37,966 bases of DNA. It comes from an uncultured Planctomycetia bacterium (lineage in GTDB: Bacteria; Omnitrophota; Gorgyraeia; Duberdicusellales; Duberdicusellaceae). This document shows, in pieces, positions 1 to 8,264 of this stretch. The stretch is taken from contig CAZSAI010000002.1 of assembly GCA_964604895.1 (NCBI GenBank), forward strand, positions 1-37,966, read 5' to 3'. The notes below the pieces were generated by a model. It was not told the origin of the DNA. It did no database searches and was given only the letters and a program-made list of their open reading frames with translations. Both the position numbers and the translations under genes were made by a program. Position 1 is the stretch's first letter, and each line of letters starts with the position of its first letter.

Positions 1-828
1 TGGCTTAATTCTATAAGATTTTCTTTCTATTTAAGAAGAAAAAGATTTGATTGGGCAATAATTCTCCATCCTACAAATAGGGCACATCTTATAACTTTCT
101 TTGCTGGGATCCCTTTTAGAGTAGGCTGGGATAAGAAACTGAGTTTTCTTTTAAGTAAGAGACTCCCTTGCATAAAAGATGAAGGAAAGAAACATGAGCT
201 TGAGTATTCTTTGGATATTTTGAGGACTATAGGAGTTAAGATATACTCTTCGGAAGTTTTTATCCCCTTTTATGAGTCTTCAGAGAAGTGGGTAGCAGAT
301 TTTTTAAAAGAACATAATTTAGATAATAAAAAGCAAAGAATTATAGCCTTAGGGATTGGGGCGAGCTGTCCTTCCAAGATATGGCCGGCTTCTTACTTTG
401 CTTCTTTGGCTAAACTCCTTAAAGATAACTTAGATGCAAAAATCTTAGTGATTGCCCAGGAGAAGGAGAAATATTTAACTCAGAGTTTTCAAGAGGAGTT
501 TAAGGAGTTTTTTTATGATTTAACTGGGAAATTAGATTTGCCTAAGATATTCTCTCTCTTTAGAAGACTTTCTCTATTTATAGGGAATGATTCAGGCCTA
601 ATCCATATAGCCTGGGCTCTTAAGAAGCCGGTTATTTCTCTCTTTGGGAGAAATGATTCAGGGCTTTCTCCTCAGAGATGGAAACCTTTGGGAGAGAATT
701 CTTCTTATATCCATAAGGATGTAGGCTGTAAAGTTTGCTTAGCTCATAATTGTCAGAAGGGTTTTCTCTGCCTTAAGATGATAAAGCCCCAGGAAGTTTT
801 CTCCTTAGCCAAGAAATTGATTTGCTAA
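1..828 (+). CDS. Glycosyltransferase family 9 (LPS heptosyltransferase-like), 5'-truncated by the window edge
   Basis: Frame 1 is open from base 1 (WLNSIRFSFYLRRKRFDWAIILHPTNRAHLITFFAGIPFRVGWDKK...) and runs into the listed 211..828 ORF. The AGIPFRVGW and GNDSGLIHIAWAL motifs are typical of RfaF/RfaC-type GT9 enzymes. The neighbours are heptose and Kdo genes. Confidence 0.75.
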   Translation, partial: WLNSIRFSFYLRRKRFDWAIILHPTNRAHLITFFAGIPFRVGWDKKLSFLLSKRLPCIKDEGKKHELEYSLDILRTIGVKIYSSEVFIPFYESSEKWVADFLKEHNLDNKKQRIIALGIGASCPSKIWPASYFASLAKLLKDNLDAKILVIAQEKEKYLTQSFQEEFKEFFYDLTGKLDLPKIFSLFRRLSLFIGNDSGLIHIAWALKKPVISLFGRNDSGLSPQRWKPLGENSSYIHKDVGCKVCLAHNCQKGFLCLKMIKPQEVFSLAKKLIC

Positions 829-859
829 CTTATTATTTATGTGATAAAATCTCTTTTTA

Positions 860-1762
860 ATGAAGCCAAAATTATACCCTCTTAGAAAGAGAAAGAGTAA
901 GGTAAATATTGAGCAATTTGCTAAACCGACGAAGTCAAAAGATTTCTCCTCTTTTCTTAGGAGCCTTCCTGATATTTTAGTAGGTAGAGATTTAAAGAGT
1001 TTCGTTTCTAAAGTTAAAAAGGCTCATAGAGAAAGAAGGCAGATAATTTTTACTTATGGAGCTCATCTTATCAAGTGTGGCCTCTCTCCTTTATTAGTGG
1101 ATTTAATAAAGAAGGGCTTTATTAGCTGTTTGGCTACTAACGGGGCTGGAGTTATCCATGACTTTGAGATAGCTTTTTGTGGTAAGACTTCTGAGGATGT
1201 AGCTGAGAATCTTAGGAAAGGGATGTTTGGAATGGCTGAAGAGACTGGTTTTTTCATTAATGAGGCAGCTAGAAGAGCTTATAAGAATGATTTAGGCTTG
1301 GGTGAGTCTCTGGGTAAACTTATAACTGAGAAAAACCTAAGATATAAAAACTATAGTCCCCTCTATTGGGCTTATAAAAAAAGAATTCCTTTCTGTGTAT
1401 TTGTAGGGATTGGTACTGATATTGTCCATCAGCATCCTTGGGCTGATGGAGCAAGCATTGGTTTTGCTTCCTTTAAAGATTTTCATAGATTTAAAGACGC
1501 GGTCTCTCAATTGGAAGGCGGAGTTATAATAAATTTTGGCTCAGCAGTTATAATCCCCGAAGTTTTTCTTAAGGCTTTAAATTTAGCTAGGAATTTAGGG
1601 TTTAAGGTTAAGAATTTTACGGCAGCAAATTTTGATACTTATACAATGTATAGAGCTTATCAGAATATAGTTAATAGACCCACAGAAGGAAGGGGTTATT
1701 ACTTTATAGGGCATCATGAGATAATGTTTCCTTTATTGTATCAATTACTCTTAAACCCTTAA
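860..1762 (+). CDS. Conserved hypothetical protein with deoxyhypusine-synthase-like fold (function unknown)
   Basis: 300-aa ORF. Three segments line up by eye with deoxyhypusine synthase blocks: YGAHLIKCGLSPLLVDLIKKGFISCLATNGAGVIHDFE with TSNLISSGxRExIxxLVxxxxVDxxVTTAGGxEEDL; IPFCVFVGIGTDIVH with IPVFCPALTDGSLG; GGVIINFGSAVIIPE with IILGGGVxKHH. The stop lies 1 nt before the next gene start, so it is co-operonic with the heptose genes. Confidence 0.5.
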   Translation: MKPKLYPLRKRKSKVNIEQFAKPTKSKDFSSFLRSLPDILVGRDLKSFVSKVKKAHRERRQIIFTYGAHLIKCGLSPLLVDLIKKGFISCLATNGAGVIHDFEIAFCGKTSEDVAENLRKGMFGMAEETGFFINEAARRAYKNDLGLGESLGKLITEKNLRYKNYSPLYWAYKKRIPFCVFVGIGTDIVHQHPWADGASIGFASFKDFHRFKDAVSQLEGGVIINFGSAVIIPEVFLKALNLARNLGFKVKNFTAANFDTYTMYRAYQNIVNRPTEGRGYYFIGHHEIMFPLLYQLLLNP

Positions 1763-1763
1763 G

Positions 1764-2786
1764 ATGAAAAGGTATTTAAAGAAAGAAAACCTTCTTAAGC
1801 TTATCTCTAAGTTTAAAAAAGCCAGGATATTAGTAATAGGAGATATAATCTTAGACCATTATGTCTGGGGAAGAGCAGAAAGGCTTTCTCCGGAAGCCCC
1901 AGTTCCCATAGTTTGGGCAAACAGAGAGAATTATCTTTTAGGGGGAGCTGGTAATGTGGCTTATAATCTTTCTTCTTTAGGAGCAAGAGTAATTCTTTCC
2001 GGGATAGTGGGGCAGGACCTTTATGCTAAGAAGGTCTTAGAGTTACTTAGGAAAGAGAAGATAAATAGAGACTGTATCCTTACCTGTAAAGAAAGGCCTA
2101 CTACCCTGAAAACTAGAGTTATTGCTCAGCATCAGCAGGTGGTAAGAATTGATTGGGAAAGTGTTGAGGAACTTTCTCCAAGGACTAATAAAAAAATTAT
2201 AAATTTTGTAAAGAAGAAGATTGATGAGTTTGATTCTATAATTATAGAAGATTATGCCAAAGGAGTGATTAATCCTTATCTTCTCAAAGAGGTTATCTCT
2301 TTGGCCAAAAAGAGAAAGAAAATCATTACAGTCGACCCTAAGGAAGAACATTTCGATTATTACAAAGAGGTGACTGCTCTTACCCCCAATCTTAAAGAGG
2401 CTCAATACGCAGCTAATTTTAAAATTAGAAAATCTGAGGAGCTTAATCTTTTAGGAGAGATATTGATGAAGAAACTTCAGCCTTCTTGTTTATTGATTAC
2501 TTTGGGGGAGGAGGGTATGAGACTTTTTCTTAGAGAAGGAAGAATTTTTCATTTACCTACATACGCTTTAGAGGTTTTTGATGTTTCGGGAGCCGGGGAT
2601 ACAGTTATTGCTGTGTTTAGCTTAGCTTTATCTTTAGGAGCCTCTTTTTTAGAGGCAGCTTTTTTAGCTAACTTTGCTGCTGGAATAGTTGTAGGAAAAT
2701 TAGGGGTGGCTTCTACCTCAGTTAAGGAGCTTAGAGAGAGGTTAAATAGTTATTTTCATAAAGTTCATATCCAAAAAATATCCTAA
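1764..2786 (+). CDS. hldA: D-glycero-beta-D-manno-heptose-7-phosphate kinase (RfaE domain I only, PfkB family)
   Basis: ILVIGDIILDHYVWGRAERLSPEAPVPIV is the signature N-terminus of RfaE/HldE domain I. The C-terminal DVSGAGDTVIA is the PfkB kinase motif. At 340 aa there is no adenylyltransferase domain. Confidence 0.85.
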   Translation: MKRYLKKENLLKLISKFKKARILVIGDIILDHYVWGRAERLSPEAPVPIVWANRENYLLGGAGNVAYNLSSLGARVILSGIVGQDLYAKKVLELLRKEKINRDCILTCKERPTTLKTRVIAQHQQVVRIDWESVEELSPRTNKKIINFVKKKIDEFDSIIIEDYAKGVINPYLLKEVISLAKKRKKIITVDPKEEHFDYYKEVTALTPNLKEAQYAANFKIRKSEELNLLGEILMKKLQPSCLLITLGEEGMRLFLREGRIFHLPTYALEVFDVSGAGDTVIAVFSLALSLGASFLEAAFLANFAAGIVVGKLGVASTSVKELRERLNSYFHKVHIQKIS

Positions 2787-2792
2787 ACCATT

Positions 2793-3530
2793 ATGGAAGT
2801 ATTAGGGGTTATCCCAGCAAGGCTTTCTTCCAAGAGGCTCCCTCAGAAACTCTTGAGAAAGATTCTAGGCAAGACAATCCTAGAGTGGACTTGGACTTCA
2901 GCTAAGAAAGCTAAAAATTTAGAGGATTTAATAATTGCTGTAGACTCAGAAGAACTTAAGAAAGAAGCAGAGAGTTTTGGGGCAAAGGCAATTTTGACTT
3001 CTGTAGGGCATTCCTCAGGAACAGAAAGAATCTGTGAGGTAGTTTCTTCAATAGAGACTAAGATTGTAGTAAATATTCAAGCTGATGAACCCCTGATTCA
3101 TCCCTCGGTTATAGATTCTTTAGCGGAGGTTATGCTTCAGGATCCCCAATTACAAATGGCTACAGTAGTAAAAGAGATAGAGGATGAGGAAGAGATAAAT
3201 AATCCCAATGTAGTAAAAGTTGTAATAGATAAAGATAATTTTGCTTTATATTTTTCAAGAGCTAGCCTTCCTTTTTTAAGAGATAAGGACTCTAAGCCTA
3301 CCTATTTCAAACATATAGGAATTTATGCCTACACCAAGGATTTTCTCTATATATTTAAGAATCTAGTCCCCTCCCCTTTGGAGAAAGCTGAGAAACTTGA
3401 GCAGTTAAGAGTTTTGGAAGCGGGTTTTAGAATAAAGACTGTGGTTAGTCCTTTTGAGTCTTATGGGATAGATACGGAAGAAGACTTAGCTAAAGTAGAA
3501 AGACTCTTAATAGAGAAGGGATATGCCTAA
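2793..3530 (+). CDS. kdsB: 3-deoxy-manno-octulosonate cytidylyltransferase (CMP-Kdo synthetase)
   Basis: VIPARLSSKRLPQKLL, GTERI and NIQADEPLI motifs; 245 aa; overlaps kdsA by 8 nt. Confidence 0.9.
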   Translation: MEVLGVIPARLSSKRLPQKLLRKILGKTILEWTWTSAKKAKNLEDLIIAVDSEELKKEAESFGAKAILTSVGHSSGTERICEVVSSIETKIVVNIQADEPLIHPSVIDSLAEVMLQDPQLQMATVVKEIEDEEEINNPNVVKVVIDKDNFALYFSRASLPFLRDKDSKPTYFKHIGIYAYTKDFLYIFKNLVPSPLEKAEKLEQLRVLEAGFRIKTVVSPFESYGIDTEEDLAKVERLLIEKGYA

Positions 3531-4329
3531 GAAATTTAGAATTGATAAGTTTATATTCATTGCTGGGCCTTGTGTGATAGAGTCTGAGAAACTGACTTAT
3601 GAGATTGCTAAGGCCTTGAAAGATATTACAAAAGAGTTTCCCTTAAATTTTATATTTAAAGCTAGTTTTGATAAAGCAAATCGCACCAGTCTCCATTCTT
3701 TTCGCGGCCCAGGCCTGAAAAAAGGTCTTAAGATTTTAGACAGGATAAAGGAAAGGCTATGTATACCTATTTTGAGCGATGTTCATTGCACAAGCCAAGT
3801 TAAAGAAGCCTCCCGAGTCTTAGATGTAATTCAAATTCCTGCTTTTTTGTGCCGGCAGACTGATTTAATCTTAGAGGCTTCTAAGACCCAAAAAATTATA
3901 AATATTAAAAAAGGCCAGTTCCTCTCTCCTTATGATGTGAAATATATAATAGAAAAAGTAGTCTCTACCGGAAATAAAAGGATTTTTCTTACTGAGAGAG
4001 GTACCTTTTTTGGTTATAATAATTTGGTGGTAGATTTTCGCTCTTTTGGGATTTTAAGGTCTTTTGGTTATCCGGTAATATTTGATGTGACCCATTCTCT
4101 TCAGCTTCCTTCAGCTGGAGGGGGCCAATCGGGGGGTCAAAGAGAATTTGTAATACCTTTAGGAAGAGCTGCGGTCTCTTTTGGGATAGATGGTCTTTTT
4201 TGTGAGGTTCATCCTAAACCTGGGAAGGCTCTATCTGATAAAGCTACTTCTATTGATTTTACTGCAGTTAGGAAGCTCCTGAAGGAGGTTTTTAAGGTAA
4301 GAGAAGCTCTTGGAGATGAAGAAAATTAA
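3523..4329 (+). CDS. kdsA: 2-dehydro-3-deoxyphosphooctonate aldolase (Kdo-8-P synthase)
   Basis: FIFKASFDKANRTSLHSFRGPG, IPAFLCRQTDL, KKGQF and DVTHSLQ motifs; 268 aa. Confidence 0.92.
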   Translation: MPKKFRIDKFIFIAGPCVIESEKLTYEIAKALKDITKEFPLNFIFKASFDKANRTSLHSFRGPGLKKGLKILDRIKERLCIPILSDVHCTSQVKEASRVLDVIQIPAFLCRQTDLILEASKTQKIINIKKGQFLSPYDVKYIIEKVVSTGNKRIFLTERGTFFGYNNLVVDFRSFGILRSFGYPVIFDVTHSLQLPSAGGGQSGGQREFVIPLGRAAVSFGIDGLFCEVHPKPGKALSDKATSIDFTAVRKLLKEVFKVREALGDEEN

Positions 4330-5299
4330 AGATAATAAGAAGATAATAAAATGGGCTCAGGAGGCTCTTAGGATTGAGGCTCAAGGTATTTTAGCTCTCC
4401 TTTATAGATTAGATGAGAACTTTCCTAAAGCCATAGATATTCTTAAATCCTGCAAAGGAAAAGTCGTGGCAACAGGGATGGGGAAGGCTGGAATAATTGC
4501 TCAGAAGTTTTCAGCTACTCTATCTTCTACAGGAACCCCATCCATCTGGCTTCATCCTGCAGAGGCAGTTCATGGAGATTTAGGAAGGGTCTTAAAAGAG
4601 GATGTTGTGGTTGTTTTTTCTTATAGCGGAGAGACTGAAGAGATAAAGATATTGTTACCCTTTCTAAAAAAGATTGGCTCAAAGATAATTTCCCTCACCG
4701 GCAATAAAAAGTCATTTCTGGCCCAATATTCAGATACAGTTTTAGATGTGAGAGTAGAGAAAGAAGTTTGTCCCTTAGGACTTGCCCCTACTACTTCTAC
4801 TACTGTGATGCTGGCTTTATCTGATGCAATTTCTACTGTTCTTCAGAAGTTGAAAGGTTTTAAAGAAAGAGATTTTGCCTTTTTTCATCCTAAAGGAAGC
4901 CTGGGTAGAAAACTTCTTCTTAGAGTAGAAGATTGTATGCGCAAAGGAAGACAAAATCCTTTAGTTAGAGAAAACACTCTGGTCTCTAAAGTTTTAGTAG
5001 CTATTACAGAGGCTAGAGCCGGAGCAGCTGTGGTGGTAGATAAAAACAGAAAAGTGTTAGGAATCTTTACTGATGGAGATTTAAGAAGACATTTGGAGAG
5101 AGACCCTAATCTTTCTAAACGAGAGATAAAGGAGGTAATGACCAAGACCCCCATAGTGGTAAGAAAAGAGATGTTAGCTACCGAAGCTATGAGGATTATG
5201 GAAGATAAGAAGATTGATGAGGTCCCAGTAGTAGATAAGAGAGGAAGAGTGGTAGGATTATTAGATGTTCAGGACTTGTTGAAGGCAGGACTAATATAG
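4310..5299 (+). CDS. kdsD: Arabinose-5-phosphate isomerase (SIS domain plus tandem CBS domains)
   Basis: GKVVATGMGKAGIIAQKFSATLSSTGTPS (SIS) and GIFTDGDLRR plus a second CBS module; 329 aa. The start could also be the ATG at 4316. Confidence 0.9.
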   Translation: MEMKKIKDNKKIIKWAQEALRIEAQGILALLYRLDENFPKAIDILKSCKGKVVATGMGKAGIIAQKFSATLSSTGTPSIWLHPAEAVHGDLGRVLKEDVVVVFSYSGETEEIKILLPFLKKIGSKIISLTGNKKSFLAQYSDTVLDVRVEKEVCPLGLAPTTSTTVMLALSDAISTVLQKLKGFKERDFAFFHPKGSLGRKLLLRVEDCMRKGRQNPLVRENTLVSKVLVAITEARAGAAVVVDKNRKVLGIFTDGDLRRHLERDPNLSKREIKEVMTKTPIVVRKEMLATEAMRIMEDKKIDEVPVVDKRGRVVGLLDVQDLLKAGLI

Positions 5300-5350
5300 A
5301 AGAGGGAAAAATTAGAACTTTAAAAGTTAAAGTCTAATACTTATAAGAGG

Positions 5351-5857
5351 ATGAGGCAAGATATAATAGAGAAAATAAAGAAGGTTAAGTTGTTAATATT
5401 GGATGTGGATGGAGTTTTGACTGAAGGAAGTATCATTTATGATGATAAAGGGAGAGAATTAAAGGTTTTTAATGTTAAAGATGGCTTAGGGATATTCTTG
5501 CTTACCAAGATGGGTTTAGATGTAGTTATTTTAAGTGCTAAGAATTCTAAGGTTGTGAAAAGAAGAGCAAAGGATATGGGGATAAAAGACATTTTTTGGG
5601 GATATCCCAAAGAGGAGGTTCTAAGCAAGATACTTCAGAAATATAAAGTAACTAAAGAAGAAACCGCTTTCCTAGGTGATGACCTTATTGATGTAGAAGT
5701 GGCAAAAAGAGTAGGGGTATCTTTTGCTGTGGCCGATGCGGCAAAAGAGCTTAAAGAAGTGGTTGATTTGGTTACTAAGCATAGAGGAGGCAAGGGAGCA
5801 GTAAGAGAGGTTGCTGAGGTTATTATGGAAGCAAAGGGTTTAGGTAAATCGAGTTGA
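5351..5857 (+). CDS. kdsC: Kdo-8-phosphate phosphatase (HAD superfamily, YrbI type)
   Basis: LLILDVDGVLTEG, FNVKDGLGI and FLGDDLIDV motifs; 168 aa; closes the Kdo operon. Confidence 0.85.
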   Translation: MRQDIIEKIKKVKLLILDVDGVLTEGSIIYDDKGRELKVFNVKDGLGIFLLTKMGLDVVILSAKNSKVVKRRAKDMGIKDIFWGYPKEEVLSKILQKYKVTKEETAFLGDDLIDVEVAKRVGVSFAVADAAKELKEVVDLVTKHRGGKGAVREVAEVIMEAKGLGKSS

Positions 5858-5882
5858 CTTTTATAGAAATTTATGTTATCCT
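5854..5882 (+). promoter_or_regulatory. Sigma-70-like promoter candidate for the FecR/CHASE2 unit
   Basis: TTGACT (5854-5859), 17-nt spacer, TGt extended element, then TATCCT (5877-5882). The -35 overlaps the kdsC stop codon. A strong SD (GGGGAGGTGA) follows before the ATG at 5915. Confidence 0.4.
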
Positions 5883-5914
5883 TAAATGGTTAGGAAGGTA
5901 GGGGAGGTGAAATC

Positions 5915-6379
5915 ATGAAAAAATTTTTAATACTAGCTGTAATCTTAATAGGAACATTAGGTCTTTGCTTTGCTCAAGGCACTTTAAAAGATAGGATAGC
6001 CAAGGTTATAAAAGTAGACGGGGATGTGCAAGTGATGAAAAAAGATTCTTCTACCTGGATTCCTGCAGAAGAGGGGATGATTCTTTCTGAAGGTGATATT
6101 ATTAAGACTGGCAAGGTAGGTGCTGCTCTTCTAAATATCCAAGGAGATGCGGAAGGCTCTTTGGTAAGATTAAGAGAATCAACAACTTTAGCTTTAGATA
6201 TTCTTAAGGAAGATACTTCTACTAATAAAAAGGTGACAGTGTTAGATTTATCTATAGGCAAGGTGCTAATTCAAGCTGAGAAGCTTAAGAGTGGTTCTCG
6301 CTTTGAGGTAAAGACTCCCACTTCAGTAGTAGGGGTAAGAGGAACAAAATTTGCTGTAGAAGTTGATACTTTAGAATAA
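5915..6379 (+). CDS. Secreted FecR-domain protein
   Basis: N-terminal signal peptide (MKKFLILAVILIGTLGLCFAQG). The pattern V..V.GDV.V......W.PA..GM.L..GD.I.TG....A.L plus TPTSVVGVRGTKFAV is typical of FecR-like domains. 154 aa. Confidence 0.75.
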   Translation: MKKFLILAVILIGTLGLCFAQGTLKDRIAKVIKVDGDVQVMKKDSSTWIPAEEGMILSEGDIIKTGKVGAALLNIQGDAEGSLVRLRESTTLALDILKEDTSTNKKVTVLDLSIGKVLIQAEKLKSGSRFEVKTPTSVVGVRGTKFAVEVDTLE

Positions 6380-6429
6380 TCAGTTGATTTTCCTTTATTT
6401 CTTTCTTTTTAATCTGGCAAAGATAGATT

Positions 6430-8112
6430 TTGAGGTTAAAAAATTCCTTCCTCTTAAACATTCTTATAGCCTTAATTATTGCTTCTTCGATAGTTTTTTC
6501 CTCCTCTAAAGGTTTTCTAAGACGGATAGAATTAGGAGGCCTAGATTTTTTATTTCGATTAAGAGGCGCTCTTCCCTATAATCCTCACATAGTAATCATA
6601 GAGATAGATGATGAAAATATCTTAAGAGTGGGGAGATGGCCTTGGAATAGAAGCTGGCATGCTGCTGTAATTAAGGCCCTAAATAGATTAGGAGCCAAAT
6701 ATATTTATTTTGATATTATTTTTTCTGAGAAGGCATCCGAGAAGGAGGATAGACTGTTAAGTGAGGCTATAAAAGAAGCTGGCAATATTTATCTTCCTTT
6801 TGTTTTTCAAGAAGGAAGTTTTGAGCTTAAGGAAGCTCTTTTTCCTATTGAAGAATTTTCCTCTTATATAAAAGGCACTGGTTCCATAAATATTTCTCCA
6901 GATATAGATGGGAGCTTAAGAAGAGTCTCACTTGCTTTTAAGAGAAAGGATCAGATTTATTATCATGTAGCTCTAAAAATAGCTATGGATTATTTAGGCT
7001 ATAAACAAGTTCACCTAAAGAAAAATAAACTTATTCTTTCAGATGATAAACCTCCTATAGAGATACCCCTAATAGAAGATAACAAGATGTTAATTAACTG
7101 GCAAGGCAGATGGGAGGAGACATTTGTCCATTACTCTTTCCTTGATATTTTATCTGCTTATAAAGATATTTTAGAAGGAAAGAACCCTCAAATAGATATT
7201 AAACCCTTAAAGGGTAGTATCTGTTTAGTAGCAGTTACAGCTATAGGACTTTATGATATTAAACCCATTCCTCTTCAACCCGAATATCCTGGGGTAGGAG
7301 TTATTGCCAACACCATAAGCAACATCCTAAACAGAGATTTTATCAAAACCGTCTCTCCATTAATGAACTTTTTTGTTATTTACCTTATGGCTTTAATTCC
7401 TGCCTTGCTTATTTCCGGAAAGAAGCCTCTAAGAGAAAGCCTTTTAACTGGATTGCTGTGGTTTCTTTTCTTTATTGTAAGTTTTCTTTGCTTTAAGAGC
7501 CGCCTCTGGATAGAGATTTCTCTGCCTTCTCTTTCTCTCTTTGGCAGTTATCTAATAGTAGCCACTTATAATTTTGTAAGAGCTTCAATTGAGAAGAAGA
7601 CCTTTTTTGAGTTAGCTGTAACCGATGAGCTTACCCGCCTTTATAATATAAGGTATTTTAAGATGATTTTAAGAGCCGAGTGCCTTATGGCAAGGTCTGA
7701 AGCCAATAAGAGATTCTGTATAGTGATGAGCGATGTTGACCATTTTAAGCATTTTAATGATACTTATGGCCATCAAATAGGAGATTTAGTATTAAAAGAA
7801 GTTGCTTCAGTATTAAGGAGTTCTGTGCGTTCTTCGGATGTAGTAGCCCGTTATGGAGGAGAAGAAATGATTATTCTTCTAAGAGGAACCTCTTTAGATA
7901 ATGCTATAGAGGTAGCTGAGAAAATTAGAAAAAATGTAGAAACTCACATAGTAAGAGATGAGAATCAAAATACTTATAAAGTCACCATAAGCTTAGGAGT
8001 AGCAAGTTTTAAATCTCAGGATAATGAGAATACAATAATAAAGAGAGCTGACGAAGGTTTATACAAAGCTAAAGAGGAAGGAAGAAACAGAGTTTGCACA
8101 ATCGAAGGATAA
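6430..8112 (+). CDS. CHASE2 extracytoplasmic sensor domain-containing diguanylate cyclase (GGDEF)
   Basis: One N-terminal TM helix, then about 285 aa with CHASE2-like motifs (LDFLFRLRG, IVIIEIDDE..GRWPW.R). Three TM helices follow, then a GGDEF domain (DVDHFKHFNDTYGHQIGD, RSSD I-site, RYGGEEM). The TTG start has no obvious SD, so the exact start is uncertain. Confidence 0.85.
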   Translation: MRLKNSFLLNILIALIIASSIVFSSSKGFLRRIELGGLDFLFRLRGALPYNPHIVIIEIDDENILRVGRWPWNRSWHAAVIKALNRLGAKYIYFDIIFSEKASEKEDRLLSEAIKEAGNIYLPFVFQEGSFELKEALFPIEEFSSYIKGTGSINISPDIDGSLRRVSLAFKRKDQIYYHVALKIAMDYLGYKQVHLKKNKLILSDDKPPIEIPLIEDNKMLINWQGRWEETFVHYSFLDILSAYKDILEGKNPQIDIKPLKGSICLVAVTAIGLYDIKPIPLQPEYPGVGVIANTISNILNRDFIKTVSPLMNFFVIYLMALIPALLISGKKPLRESLLTGLLWFLFFIVSFLCFKSRLWIEISLPSLSLFGSYLIVATYNFVRASIEKKTFFELAVTDELTRLYNIRYFKMILRAECLMARSEANKRFCIVMSDVDHFKHFNDTYGHQIGDLVLKEVASVLRSSVRSSDVVARYGGEEMIILLRGTSLDNAIEVAEKIRKNVETHIVRDENQNTYKVTISLGVASFKSQDNENTIIKRADEGLYKAKEEGRNRVCTIEG

Positions 8113-8170
8113 TTTTCTGTCTTATCTTCTTAAACTTCTTCTTAATTCTTCAGAATCTTTCAAAAAAATA

Positions 8171-8199
8171 TTGTAGAGAAAGTAAAGCTGTGATATATT
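8171..8199 (+). promoter_or_regulatory. Sigma-70-like promoter candidate for the giant OM protein gene
   Basis: TTGTAG (8171-8176), 17-nt spacer ending in TGa (extended -10), then TATATT (8194-8199), inside the 152-nt spacer after the GGDEF gene. Confidence 0.4.
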
Positions 8200-8264
8200 G
8201 ATTTTAGAATTTTTTTGAGGAAGAATTTTTCTTCGGAAAGGAGATGGTTTAAGTATCGCTTTAG

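Noticed and set aside
8237-8252. AAAGGAGA followed by a mini-ORF (ATG GTT TAA) upstream of the giant gene
   Set aside because: The SD abuts this ATG with no spacing and lies 21 nt from the real ATG at 8265. A two-codon ORF is not interpretable from sequence alone, and an in-frame TAG at 8262 fixes 8265 as the first possible start.
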